Shown in pieces: positions 13,998 to 27,755 of a stretch of 64,000 bases of DNA; position 1 is the stretch's first letter, and each line of letters begins with the position of its first letter. Source of the stretch: Yuukianura sp. NJ FZ-2021 (taxonomy: Eukaryota); assembly GCA_046563655.1 (NCBI GenBank), contig CM102286.1, forward strand, positions 3,720,001-3,784,000, written 5' to 3'. The position numbers and the translations under genes are program-made. The notes beneath the pieces were generated by a model. It made no database searches. It was not told the origin of the DNA and was given only the letters and a program-made list of their open reading frames with translations.

Positions 13998-15000
13998 ATG
14001 GAGAGAAAGAAAATGAAATTTTTGGTACATTACTATCTATTTCCAAACTTTTTTTGATTTTTGTCGAAAAATTAATTATTTTGAATCACCATTTTCAATT
14101 TACAGATTCTTGGTTGCTTGTTACTTGGAAGCGCCATACGTCCTGAAGCAGATGGGGCTACGACTAGTACTTTGCGACACAGCACATCGTGGGCATTTGC
14201 TGATCCCAGAGATATGGAAATCATCTCCCAAAATGTTGGCACCAACTATTTGACCTCAAATCCAGAAATTTATCCCAAACAAGATTTTGGTTTGTTCCTG
14301 CTGGAACCCAATGGAAATTATACATTGAACGAAGAAGAAAAGCTAAACAACATACCACAAGAATCGCCCATACGAAGTTATTCTTTTCAAAAATGGAATC
14401 CAGTTGACAGCAACATTCAGACGTCAAAACCAAATGCAGTTTTTCGAAAACTTCCGGCTGGTAAGTTGGTCAACTACTTTGTTGATTCATTTTACATTTT
14501 AGTAAAACTTTTATTTTTGTGCTCAATTTCATTAAAATTGTAAAACGTTTTCTTTACTAAAATTAATAGAGCTCGGTAACCTCCTGGGCGACATACGAAC
14601 GAACGAAATTGACGACAAACCGGCATTCCAAGAATGGCTAGGTGAAATGGAGAACCGAAAGCGCAACAATGCGGAAATCTATCAAGAGCAAAAGCGAAAC
14701 CAAGGTGGGCATGCGCACAGTCGAAATCACTGGAACTGCGAAACGGAGTACGGATGGCGGAATCTGGGTAGAAACCATTACCCGCAGTTCGTTCGAACAG
14801 CAAATTGCAATTCCTCTGGCTGTTTCAATGGTTTGTTCCAATGCGTTCCGCGGGAATACACCCTCAAGGTACTCAAAAAGTTGGAACCTGACGAAGTTGT
14901 CAGTCAGTCCACCGCGGCCCAACTTCCCGACACACTCCGCACCTCTGTCAAATTCATTAACGTAACAATCAACATTTGTTGCGAATGTGCACTAGTCTAA
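13998..15000 (+). CDS. PTTH/Trunk-family cystine-knot prohormone (3 exons)
   Basis: Signal (MERKK)MKFL|ILGCLLLGSA, pro-region, basic sites RKR and KR, then WNCETEYGWRNLGRNHYPQFVRTANCNSSGCFNGLFQCVPREYTLKVL..LPDTLR..VTINICCEC, a PTTH/Trunk-type cysteine pattern. Confidence 0.8.
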
Positions 15001-15083
15001 AACCATAAGTTTCAAAAACTTACACCTTTATGTTTTGGTTTAAAATTATCAACAAAACAAATTTTTCTGGGTATAGTCGTCGT

Positions 15084-15450
15084 GGGAGTACACCACTTCA
15101 TCGAATGAGTTACTGCGAAGCGATATTTGTCGAATTAATTTCTCCGAAACCAATTACAACGAAAGTCAATTTACAACGCAAGGTGATTTACCTCGAAAAG
15201 TTATTTTAGAGCAAAAATTGGCTATGTAAAGTGATATTAAGCTAAAAATCATGGCGTTAGCTATAACTAATTTAAGTTAGATTAAGTTAAAATTGATAAA
15301 GGCTAGAAGATGTTAGGTTAGGCTTGGCTGGTTAACAACTATTTTAGGTGCTTTTCGGTGTAATTTGCCTTTCGTTGTAATTGGTTTCTAAGAAACTCAT
15401 TCGGCGACATTCGTTTCGTAGTAATTTATTCGATGAAATGGCAGAAGACC
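15084..15450. mobile_element. MITE-like element with ~100-bp imperfect inverted arms
   Basis: Left ttcatcgaat...gaaaccaattacaacgaaag pairs with right ctttcgttgtaattggtttc...attcgatgaa. The AT-rich core contains ttaggttagg repeats. Ends approximate. Confidence 0.7.
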
Positions 15451-16584
15451 AGTTTAGTCAATGAAAAAGTTTGACTTTAAAAAAAAAGTATTTTGAAAAA
15501 TATATTTACTGTTGACGCTGTTTGTCACACTTACTTGAGCACCAAATTGCAAAATCTAAAAATACCTTTCACGACATTCACAAAAGTGAATGATCACAAA
15601 GGTGAAAAAAAGTTGTTGTTTGTCAATGAAGTTGCACTGTAGTAAATTGGTAGAGCATCGTTGTAAAAAAAAAGTTACATATTTGTTACAACTATGCTTG
15701 TAGCAAGAAAATTTGGAAGAACACCGGGACGGAACTTTTAGGAAATTTCATCATTAATTAAAAAAAAGTAATTTTAATTTAAGAGGCACAAAGAGACTGC
15801 CAACTTCTCTGAATTAAATTCAATCTGTGCAAGCGATGTTGTTCCACTACATTCAAAAGAGACGTTTATATTTTATTATCATTTCTTTTGCGTTTTGTAT
15901 GTCAAAAATTTCCGTTTTTTAACAAAATTAAAAATACTTCTGCTGCGACCTGGCTGCTTTTTTCGTAACATAATTTCAAACGTATTTTGCACAAATAAAA
16001 ATGCACTTATAAAAATTTAGTAGTTAAACATGCTCACTATCTTTACCTTTTTTAATTTTTTTTGTTCTTTCCCATTTTCACAAAACTCCAATTTTTTTTT
16101 ACAATGATTAAATATTTACCTTTAGCACTATAACTCTTACATTATTGTTACTATTGTTAGTCACACTAAACTCATAGCACCAGAATTTCCAATTGAGAAA
16201 TCATATAATTTTGCACAACTTTCTCCAAACATTGTTTCAGAATTTGCATGTTACAAAATCAGGTGGACCATGAAGTGAAAGCACCAGAATTTTCAGATCA
16301 GCTATTGTTGTCAAAAGAGAAAAGTCGCTTCTGTTCTCCAGGACATGAAGATCCCAGGCGAAAGGAGCACTCGCAACAGTCACGTTGATGCATCAGGAAG
16401 TACTTCAACTGAAAATATACCAAACGAGCACATCAGTTCGTTAAACTACTGAACAGGAACGGCAGCAAATCTTTTAAAATGCTGTCCATGTCACATCACA
16501 TTGTAAACCGACACAAATGCATACTAAACACCTACCACAGCACTCTAACATCCTACCAGCATCACCAAATTCATTGGTGGGGCC

Positions 16585-19500
16585 TTAACGCTTCATTGGT
16601 GGAGAGTCCAACGCAGATGGCTGCGGTTGACTCAAAAGCAAATCTCTTGCTGCTTGTAGTGAAGCATGAATCGGTGGGGCGCTAAAAGCATACTCAAGCG
16701 CCAGTGGGCTTTCACCACCGTGGTTGTCAAAATAAGTGAGATATAGTGTGATGTGGTTAGGCTTTAGTGAACGAAAACATAATGCTAAATTTACGTTGTC
16801 AAAAAAATTTGGAAAATTTTCTCGGAAAAGTTACTCTTGAAACTATTGTTTCAATAGCTTTTGATGCCAAATTTGCAAGACTGCCAATCATTTGTCTAGC
16901 TAATTAAAGCGAAACTATACTTTAAAACTCCAGCATACTTTAACAGTATGGTATTTCTTAGAACTTTGAAAATCTGAAGTTGAGAACAGCACTTGAAAGA
17001 TTTCAAAGTAGAAATCCAATTAGAAACTGCCATTTCAAGTGTGTTCTCAAGCTGGTTTCTGTTCGGACTTTTGGCACAATGTGCATGTCACTTGAATTTA
17101 GGCCGTTCCAAAGTCAAATCAAAACAAAAGTATTCAAAACAATGTAAAAATTGAATCAAAAAAGTACAATCCAAAACACTTAAGAAAATCAAGTTGATGT
17201 GTACCTGATGTCTGCTGACACTCGACTCAAAAGAAAACTTTTTACATTGTGATCCACTGTGTTGTGAAGATGTGTAGTGAGAGATTCCTGTCACTTCTAA
17301 AAAATCAATAGAATGTCAGAATAAGCATTTACAAAACACAACAAACCTCATGAATTTCCAATTACTCAAATTGAGTTCCAAAATCCTCAATCTCAAACTC
17401 TTTTTTTATCCTCCCCTGAGCAAAGACGCCTTCTACTTTTTGCCTAAAAGTCAAGGGAGAAAGTTTTCTCGTTTTTTAAAAAAGAACTTAAACTTTAATA
17501 AAATTCAAAAACGGCGTGGGCCATATTCATCTTTCCTGGAAGCTTATGCTCCACTCTTTTGCTTTCCACACAAAACGGTGAGAATCAATAACTTTCTCTA
17601 TTCATATTTTCCCCATGCTTACCGCTGTTGTACGATGACTTTCTCCGCATCCAATTTGGTCCTGTAAAAAGTTCCAAAATGCTTTTTCGTCCCATCCCAA
17701 CTACTGCTCCAGCAGAGCCTTTACTTCCAGAACTTGAACTTTTCCTTCCAGCAGAACTACGTCGAGTGGGCGAAGGTGTAGTATGTTGGTCCGTTTCCTC
17801 TTCACCAGAAGGAATTCCATCTTCAAATCGAAGCGGGAGAGCAAGAAGATTTGAATCCCTTTTAGACGAGTGATTAGCCTTATGGAGAATGGAAGTTGTA
17901 GACTTCTTTCGACTTTCGTGCTCATCGATCTTTGGTTCCGTGTGGCGGCGTGAATTGAATCCGCAGGAACCAGCAGCGTTTCCTGGACTCAGAAATTTGG
18001 AATGAGAAGGAACAGCGCTTATTGATGATCTTGCACTGGAACTACCATGGAATGTGATTGATGAGCGCTCTACAGGTGGATGGGGATAGTGACGAGGAGA
18101 GCCACGATGTCGCCGAAATCTTTGCTCTTTCTTGGAATGTTGTAGTAAGCTGTTAATTTCCGGATTTGCTAGTTTTGCTAATTCATGGTAGTCATCGGAC
18201 TGAAGAAGTTCGTAGAGGCAGGTTTCACTGCGAAAGAGAACTTTCCAAAGCCATCGACGTCTTAAAGCTCGATATTCAGATAGGCATATTAGATTTGGAT
18301 TTTTGACGATTTTTGAGTTGCGACGCAAGTCGGGCGCGGAATAATTAAATTTGGTTCGGTAAGAGCTCTTCAATTCTGTTCAACATCAAACAGGAGCTTG
18401 AATCATAATCATGTAACAACAAATTTTTTGTAGCAAACAGCCTTCGTTAGGACACCTTTGATGTTTTTAAAATTCAATTTCGCTAGCAAATGCTTTTACT
18501 TACTAGGCTGAGAATGACTACACGCAGCACCACCTTGAGTCTACGCATTTGCAAATTTACCTTGCATTTGAAGTTCTTGCAAAAAAATTCCCGCAATTTT
18601 TTTCAAAAAGGAGAGAAAAACCGTAAAATTGTGGGAATTTTATACTACAGCAAAAAAAAAAAAACTTTGCATAGCAAAAAAATAATTAAAAAGCGGTTTT
18701 TTTTAGGTTTTTAAACTTTTCTCCAAATACATTCGCAAATGTTTCGACGGTCCAATTTTTTCAAATCAAAAGTCAAATTTTTTGAAATTCTCTCGAGGGT
18801 TTGTTAATAACCAAAGTTGTTAACGTAAGAAATGCTCCCCCGACAACTTTTACTTTCAGTTGTGATTTTGATGGTTGCCGTTTGCGTGCACCCAAATTGC
18901 CAACTAGTTTGTGCCTGAGTCTTACGTCGGTTTAGGTTAGTGACTGAATAGGCTATTAGCCTTAGATCGATCCGAACCATAATGGGAATCATTAACATCG
19001 ATATTGATGGCTAGTAGGGCCAAATTCTAAAAGTCGAGGCGTGCTGGAGGTGAATGATTGTTGAATATTGGAAAAGTGACATTTAGAAGTATAGTTTTTC
19101 GAAGCATGAAAATTGAACTTCCGGAGAGAGACCTAATAAGCATAAAACGGGTGAAGGTGGGACGAATCTGGAATTGACTGGATTGAGAAAGCGGACATTG
19201 ATTTTGTATTAAGGGACGCGAGATTGAAACGTTGAAAAGGAAAAGTCGTTTGGGGGAGTGGAGAAAGCAGTGAAAGTGCAGATTTCTAGTCAGTTCCATC
19301 CGTTGGAGTAATTGGATTGGACGGAAAGAGGCACTTTCTAATTGGATTGTTAGCCATAGTAGTACTTCAAATGTGCCAAAACCTTTATTTTAAAAAAGCT
19401 CAACCGAACTTTCTGTAGTTGTCAAACACAAGAATCCACTTCAGTCAGAATTTCAATTTTCCCGTGTGAATTTCACTCACGTGGAAACGTTTAAGTGATT

Positions 19501-22500
19501 TTGACACTTTCTAAACTTTATGTCATCTTTCTGGAAATAAATTAAATTTGATTGTCATATACTAGCGATTCAAAAATAAAGTTTTCCATAGCCTAATTTC
19601 GACGCAAAAAGTTGACATAGTTTTGAATTTTACCGAGCTAGGTTTTCTACATTTATAAGTTTCGAGCTCTCTAACGCCTACTTGAAACCAATTCATCTCT
19701 CTCACTCTAGTCTTGGCTTGGCGGTTCAAAATATATTGGGGGCTGGGAATCTTTCAGAGTTGTTTTTGAAAGGAGTTGGACATAAAGGAAAGGCGCGGCA
19801 AGTTGAGTTTTGCAGTGGATTTCCGAGACAAAGTCAAAATTTTCTTAAATGACGTCAGGAAAGATCCGTTTCTTTCCCAAGAGAAAAAACGCTTCCGAGG
19901 TTTCTATTTTCGTCTTTCCGAACTTTCTTCAACCATGTTCAACGTATTTTTAAAGAAAGAGGAAAGTTATTTTGGGACATTGCTTTTACTTTTAACTTGA
20001 AATTCAGCGTCTCAGAGCTTTTCTTTTTTGGAAACGCCAGTCACTTGGTTGGTTAAATCTGTCATGCAATTCGATTCGAAAAAAACTAGTATTAGATTGA
20101 AAACGAAGCTTTTGACATTTTTCTTTCGAATGAACTACACGAAAATCTCCGGATTTCAAAACAAACGGAAAAAACTGAGTGTCTAACCGAAAGGTAAACA
20201 TCATCCCAACGTTCGGCTTATCTCATCAGATTTACTTTCTCTTTTAAGACCAAAGCTGTGTATTTTCTCTTTTGGGCGGTGATCTTCCATATACATTGCA
20301 ATCGATTCTCTTTTACTTTTCTGATTATTCTAAACTCTTTTTTTCTCGTGTAATTCAGTTCAAGTCTGTTTAAATTAAAAGCAGAAAAAATCTTTTCAAA
20401 TGAAAAACAATTAATTTGAAGCTGTCGGAGGAAAAGTCAGCTTCGGCAGATTAGTGCCTACGTGGAAAGAAAAGACGAGCTTTTACGTTCCTCAGCCGCA
20501 TTACAGCGTTTCATTAACTTTAGCTTGAAGGAAAAGCGCAGAAAAAAAATCCAGCACTTTTCAACATGGTCACGAACTGTGCCAACTCCGCGTTACCCGG
20601 TTTCGGTTATAATGAAAATCCATCTAGCTTTGTACGCGCAAAAAAAAAAACGGACCACTTGTGGAATTGAAGATAATAAGGATGGACGCCTGTCACGTAC
20701 AGGCTAACAATTTTCCGTTTCCTGTTCTAAATTATAAATCTTGTTAATGCGTTTCTTTCTTCTTTCAGGAGAAAGCTAACGTTAGGTGAACCTTTGGCAA
20801 AAAAAAAAAAAAAATTACGCGATGACAAAAATTTTACGTCACTCGCCTCTCTATACATTTTGTCACAAAACTTTTACGTTCCAAAGACTGAAACTTTTGG
20901 ACTCTAATAAGCTTCAGTGTTACTTAGTATGACATACCGGATTTAGACCGATGTCGTTGAATTTCAGTACAGCGTGGCTCATTATGATGACAGTAGTAAC
21001 TAATGTTCCCGGTACTTGCTAAGCTCTGACGACTCCTGCGCACTGGCGTCCCATTTTCAGGCGTTTCACAGTTGATTCTTGGGAACGACAGTCGAGCAGC
21101 AGTTTCTGATCTCAGTCTTGCCGTTTGTGTAGAAGTATTTCCATCGGATGGTCGTTTGGCTGTTGTCGTTCTCAGTTGACCTTTGCTTATGATTGAGTAA
21201 CTTCTTGAATTTTGAATAAGATGTAACTGTACATTAGAAGGAGTGGTTTGGTAGCAGAGGTGTTGACCCAGAGTGGGATTACTTTTGTTCCAAATGTTGA
21301 GCACAGCGGAACGAAAATGTGGATGCGACAGACCATAAATAATGGGATTGTATATGCACGATCCCTTTGCAAATATAGCTGGAAGTGTCGTGCCGAGTTG
21401 TGTCAAGGCTCCGGGAGGACCAAACTGACCAATCAGAGACACGACGGCGTAAGGTGTCCAAGAAATCAAAAAGCATAAGACTAAAGTCAGTACGACCTAG
21501 AAAAAATTAAAGGAAAACTGTATAAAATTATGCCATAAATGTATAGTTCATAAAAATTTATAATTTTTTACATATTTTTTAGTAGAATTTTATAAATAAA
21601 CAAAATTTTCTTTCATCAAAAAAGAAAGTTTGCTCTGTTCTGCCCGCGGCTATTAAATTTTGATTTTTTATTAAAGCAAAACATGTTGAAAAAATGAAAG
21701 TTAGGAAAAAGTTAGCTTTATAAATACACGAGGAATTTTGTTGAAAAAAAAATTTGATTTGGCTTAAAAATAGTTCACAACTTTTTCATATTTCGTACTA
21801 TGAAGCTATATTGATCTTTTTTGTTTGAATTGATCAAGTATGAGAATGCCTTAAAGGCAAAGAGTATTGGCAGAAAGTAAAAAAAAAAGATTTACTTTTA
21901 AAGACTTGTCTGGATCCAAAAGATTTTCCAAAGCGATAAACTTGTGTCGTGGGGAAAGTAATGCAGGTTCCTGATCCCAATCGGCAAGCAATTGGCGAAA
22001 TTAACTTTTTCATGAGCTTCATTTGCCGAAAACAAACTATACTTTTCCTTTTTGTAAGTTTGGATAGCACACGGAATCTTTGTACGAAAGATCAAAACTT
22101 TCACTCAACTAAACACGACTTCTGCAACGGATCAGAAAAATCAAACGCAGCGATAGAGAAAGAAAACTTTCTTACTTTACAAAGTACATGGTAAGTTTTT
22201 ATGAAGCAAATAACAGTTGCTCTTTCTGTAAACCGAAGAAAAGTTTTCTACTTTTTGGTTTTTCCTCTATTCAAGAAAAAACTGGCAGATCCGCCGCAGG
22301 TTTCGTTGCTAAGCACTACTTTCACTCTACTCAGAATATTTGACAAGCGATTTTTTAAATCACAAAATGTGTGTACTTTTTGACTTCAGCGTGTCACAAA
22401 AATGGCACGTCTCACTTCCTTTTTTTTTTTTTTGAAAATTTTTGAAATCGCAAACATCTTGCCCACAGTCGAAAGTGTGGAGTGTTTTGAGCATTTAGAA

Positions 22501-25500
22501 AGTGGTATACAATTTGTGACTTGGAATTTGGTAATATTACAGACACGAATATTATCGTTTACATAATGAAAAGCTACACACAAACCATATCTATACCCTC
22601 AAAATTGAAATAACTCACTCCATGGTTGCGTTTGCGTAATGAGACTTTTCAACAGCCTTTTCAAAACAAATCATAGTTTTTCTTTTCTTTTTTCTACAGA
22701 AATTTTTTGAATGAGAAATATAATATAATGGGAAATAGTACGCCCAACTTTTAAAAATAGGACAAGTTTGTACCAATTTCAATTCCAACTGTCACGAACA
22801 GGGATTTGTTCAAGTACTTGAGGTAAAGTTTTGAGAGCCTTTCAAAAGAGTTCTGCGGCTGCTGTTTCTTTTTCAACTTGTAAAAAATACTAAACCGAGA
22901 TTTCAAAAATGTGAAGAAGATCAACTTTGATTTAAACTTTTGTTAGTTCTCAAACTTGAATAGTCACTCCGCAATACAAGAATTTTAAGAGGATCTTGTT
23001 GTCTAGTAGTAGAAACTTGAAGATAAAAAATTTTTGGATTTGCAATTCTGTCTTCATACTTATGTTCTCGAATAGCTGAAAAAAGACGTAAAAACTACAA
23101 GGTAGGAAATTATTATTTACCTGTGTTGTCCGGATGTCCGTTTGAGTGACGTTCCTAGTTACGACGCCATTTCTAGAGAAGCCTCTCAGAGCTCTTGAAT
23201 GTTGGCAAACAACAATCAGAATTCCAATGTACGAAATGACAATAATAGCCACGGGAAAAACAAATCCAAATGTAAGTAGAAATATGTAGTACAAGCGATT
23301 TGATAAAGTTCTGGACGAGTAGTTCCATGAACAGGAAGTGCCCATACCCTCCAAGCAGAATTCACTCCAGCCGAAAAATGGCGGAAGCACTAGTCCTAAG
23401 CTCAGGCACCAAATGCAAAAACATGTCTGAAAAATAAGTTAAAAACGTAAAATAACCACCTTAAAAAATATTTCTATATCTACGAAAGGTTTATATTCAC
23501 ATAAAACTGGTATTTGATTCTAGATTTTTGCAGGTTTAAAGCATTTTCCAAGTTGAGTTTACCTTTACTTTCTCTTTTACTCATCAGATACGATTCACAT
23601 CGTTTTGCGGGAGGAGGAAATCCGGCAAATAACAAAATTTCGCAAACATATAGGAAATGAAAAAGTAATAAGTTTGAAGTAAAAAAGTATTGCAATTTGT
23701 TTTTGAAAGGAAATACGAATCCCGCTTGACAGCTTGGAAAAAATGGATGAGCGTAATAAACTCAATCCTGGAAATAAGATATGAGCATATGCAATTTGTT
23801 TACGAACTTATGCTGTCATCATGACATTATGTCTTGTTCAAGCAGTTGGTACCAGCTCAAAACTAAGAAAAAACACAAGAAAATTAATCTTTTTAAAAAA
23901 AAGAGCGTAATTTTGAAAACTTTACAGCTTGTAACCCAAAAACTCAAACTTCCATTTTTTTACTTTGAGCAAAATCAAAAAACAAAAAACAGTGACGGGA
24001 TATAAAAAAAGACAGTTTCCAGAATACCGGTTTCAAAATCAGAACAGTTACAGGTTTGCAAAACGTGAGAATTTTTAAAGGTCACTCAAAAGTTCAAGTA
24101 TGTCTTGAACTTTACAAAAGGAAAGATTAAAACTTAAGTTCAGGAAAAATGGGAAGTTAGACGTTCCATGGGAGATTTTATGTTTGAAAAAAATGTGTTA
24201 CGGTGAGAAAGTGTCAAATTGGAAAAGTGATCTGCTTGAAGGATGAGCTGTAACTCTTACCCCTTTACGAGCAAGGCAACCAATGGGTCTTCCAAAGATG
24301 ACATAAAATCGATCTGCTGCTATGGCGGATAGCGTAATTAGCGAAGCTAAGCCACCGAGTCCAGTAGCCCCAGCGTACAGTTCGCATCCTAATTCTCCCC
24401 CAAGGGAATCAAACAAAAACAAAAAGTTAGTAAAGAGCTCTCAAGATTTTCATACTGTTTTGGAAAACATGGCTAGCAGAGTCAACATCACTAACACCGC
24501 AACAAAACTAATGCGTATAACGTAAACTTTAGTTCCAGTGGATAAACCCCAATTCAACTAACGTTCTTGTTTCTAAATTAAGTCTAAAATTCTCATAAAG
24601 TTTGAGGGAGACAATTTGATTATTTTCAGCAAAAATAATTATGAAAGGAAAAGTTTTCAACGCTGAGAAGAAAAACGCAATAAAAATGGCGTCAAAATTT
24701 AATACGCATTAATTAGCACAACCACTATTAAGCAAGTTTTTTTTCTCGAAATTACGGGTTCATATATTGATCAATTTCAATGTCATGTGTTGTTCGTGTC
24801 GCGTTTTTTGTTCATTAGTCCACATTGAAACTTATAGTGAGTCATGTTCCCGCACGAGCTCGCCCAATTGGTAATTGCTTTCACCAGCCTACTCCTCTGT
24901 TTTCTTAAGTGAGAATGAAGCAACAGGAACAACAAAACCGGAGCTACAACAGCTTCATTGATTTTAAGGTTTCAAGTTTCGTGACACTCCCATGACGTCA
25001 AAGGTCACGTATCAAGTTTCCAAAACGTAAACAATAAATTTGGCGCCAGAATCTAACTTCAGCTTTCTACTACACATAACAATGGAAATATTTCTCAAGA
25101 TTGAAGAAGGCGGATTTGGCATTACTTCAAATTGGATTGCAAACTAATATCTTTTGAGTTACTGAAAGTCAATATATGACATCGAGCCATCCGATTTTAA
25201 TGAAATCTCTAAAAGTTTGTGACTCACCCAACTTTCCAAATGCCCAGGTTTCCATGTAGGAAGAATAGGCAGGAAGGATATGGAGAATGGAAACCATCAA
25301 GTCGCTAGCAGCTAAGCTTAGAATCAAAGGCCCACCGCCCGTCCGTAGTCTTTGATATCTATTTCAAAGAAAAAAAAGAAGATTACAAAACAGAAAGCCT
25401 TCAAGGGCCTTCTCAATGTGCTAAAATTTTCAAAGTCAAGGGGCCATTACCCACGCAGTCTTGTGAAACAGGCTTACACTTTATTCAATAAATTTATGAA

Positions 25501-26461
25501 ACGCTTAAAGCTGAGCCATAAACAATTTTCTTTGTTCTCAGGTATGAAATGGGGATGATTTAATTTAGGCCATAAAACGTTTGATACAGGAGCTTAAAGT
25601 TTAAAAACTTTTGGCTTATGATAATTTCATGACAAAAATCAGTGTAGTGGAAAACTTGGTTGCAATTTTGGCGTTTAATTAAACCATTTCAGTATGAGTT
25701 TTTTAAACTAAAGCAAACTTTATGGAAACGCGTAACTTTAAAAACATAAAAACTAAAACTGGAGACGTTGAATATTTTTGAATTAGTGACAAAAGCGGTA
25801 AGTTTAGAAAAGTTAAAAAGTTAACCAGCATTTTCTCGAAACCCTTCGTCCAAAAGTTTATTTCTTTCAAGTCGTTCATTAAGACTTTATAAAAGAACTG
25901 ACGCCGCAATTGTATACTCAAAACTTTCTCTACGTTTGATTATGTTGCAATTCATCAGAATCCTTTTGTGTGAAATCCTTCTTTTGTGTGTGTTTTATCA
26001 TGTAAAAGACCATTATACATTAAATAAGTTGACTATGAACCTTGACGAGTTGAATAACAAAAATGAATTTACACCACCATAAATAGAGTAATTTGGTCCT
26101 CGGAGGTATACAAAAGTTAAAGTTGCGCCAACAAGTTTCAAACTGTAATCTAACAACTTTTAAATTAAATTTGCAGTTTACAGTCAGAGAAAGTTTGAAT
26201 TGGAAAAAGGAATCTGAAAAGTGAAAGTTACCTCGTGAAGACATACAAAACAAGTCCATTTCCAATGACTCCGAGGATTCCCACTACAGTCAGGAGGATA
26301 GCCGTGCTGTAGTGAATTACACGACGAGTGTCTGCGTCATTTGGAAGTCCGAATCCCAGTTCCAATTGTTCTGACGTACTATTACTGACTCCAAAGTTTC
26401 CATTTCCAGTTAGGTTCGATGTAAAGATACTAAAGGTTTGTAGAAGTCCAATACTCTCCAT
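16585..26461 (-). CDS. Arthropsin (r-opsin subfamily). Long form ~790 aa; a short form stops at 20924 if the donor at 20937 is not used
   Basis: ATG 26461 with N-glycosylation sequons (NLT, NST). TM1 GVIGNGLVL, TM2 LAASD (exon ~25228-25358), GCELY..DRF, LEGMGTSCSWNY, SWTPYAVVSLIGQFG, retinal Lys in FAKGSC, and NPIIYGLSHPHFR typical of arthropsins. Tail exons 18375-17623, 17296-17205 and 16761-16585 join in compatible phases. Confidence 0.85.
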
Positions 26462-27747
26462 AAGATCATAGAGATGAAAGAAAATTAATGGAGTCTTGGT
26501 GTGCTTTCCTGTCAACAAAATACCGTAAAAGTTCCAAACAAGTTGTTCCGTGGAATTGACTAAACCAATAAGACACTTGTAACAGTTGTCAAAGAAAGAA
26601 AAAGTATCGCTGTTTTGTAAAGGTAAATTTTGATTGGATTTTATACTTGAACAATTTCCAATTCAACTGTCAACATGAATAACAGCGGGAAGCAAAACTA
26701 TTTCAAACAAGTTTCATAAATCATAATGAAAGTAATGCAGTTACAGTACAAGAGACTAAAAAAACAAAAAATATGAAAGCATGAAGTCATTTTAGGAAAC
26801 TCAGGAATGGTATGCATTCAGTTGAGGTTGTGTTAGGTTAGTTCAGATTACATTAATTTACGGCTGACCCAAATACACAGTGTAAAATTCAAGGTAAAGT
26901 TTTCGGTTGCATGCTGAAAGTTTGAATAAATTTTTCATTTATCAAGCAAAAATGAAAATGCGAGAAGTATTACACTACATGGTAAACCAAAATTATGTGG
27001 AAAAAAAAGTTAAAAAATTATGCCATAAAACTACATTTAAATAAATACATTTACAGAAAATAAATTTTACCTTAATGTTTTATTGATGAGAAGATGGAAA
27101 CAAAAGTAAAGCGTGGAGAAAGCGGAGAAAGTTGGCTTTCAACTTAACTGTTTCGCGTCTTCCAACCAACTGGAGAAGAGTCTGCTTCAGACCAGAAAGA
27201 AATAGAAGTTCAGGTACGCTGAACGCTGTTCGCAGAAACGCTGCAAAGCGAATAACAAAATAACATAGGAAGTTCAGCACTTTCACCAACTCGTTAAAAT
27301 TAATTTCTAAAAACAAAGGGCGAGGCTACACCAGATCCTGATAATTTTAATAACTGTAATAGGCTCATCACAATCCCGCTCAACTTTCAATTCTCTTTAA
27401 TTAAATTTTCAGTTCTAAGTTTTTTGAATTTGGCCTAAAAAAATTAGCACTGAAAACTTTTTGATGAACATAAATTATTAGTGCAGAATTTTTTTTAAAC
27501 CATAGATAAATTCTTTTTGAGAAATTGAAACTTTTCAAGTTACACTCTACAAATCTCGGGTTTGACCTCTTAAAGTTTAAAATTTGAAAAAGTTTTGACA
27601 GTAGTTTGAAAGATTGTGAAAAAGGTGAATCAAATTTAATGTATGTGCAAGTTTTGCAAAAATCGTTAAAAATTTTCATTGCCAAGTGCTGGCTTTAAGT
27701 ATCTTTCGTCACTTCAACACGTTTCTGCGAACAATTGATTCATTAGC

Positions 27748-27755
27748 TATAAATA
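27748..27755 (+). promoter_or_regulatory. Candidate TATA box of the serine protease homolog
   Basis: TATAAATA about 90 bp upstream of ATG 27840. Confidence 0.4.

Noticed and set aside
14647..15000. Spaetzle or neurotrophin assignment
   Set aside because: WxxLGxxHYPxF and the Cys spacing fit PTTH/Trunk better.
16590..16730. GC-richer hairpin-forming segment as an ncRNA
   Set aside because: Explained as the last coding exon of the long arthropsin form.
17585..18373. 262-aa ORF as an independent gene
   Set aside because: It starts at TTG directly after an acceptor and has an internal donor; phases fit an internal exon of the arthropsin.
18490..20707. Several 60-90 aa ORFs in the large arthropsin intron
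   Set aside because: AT-rich, no domain and no phase-consistent exon chain found.
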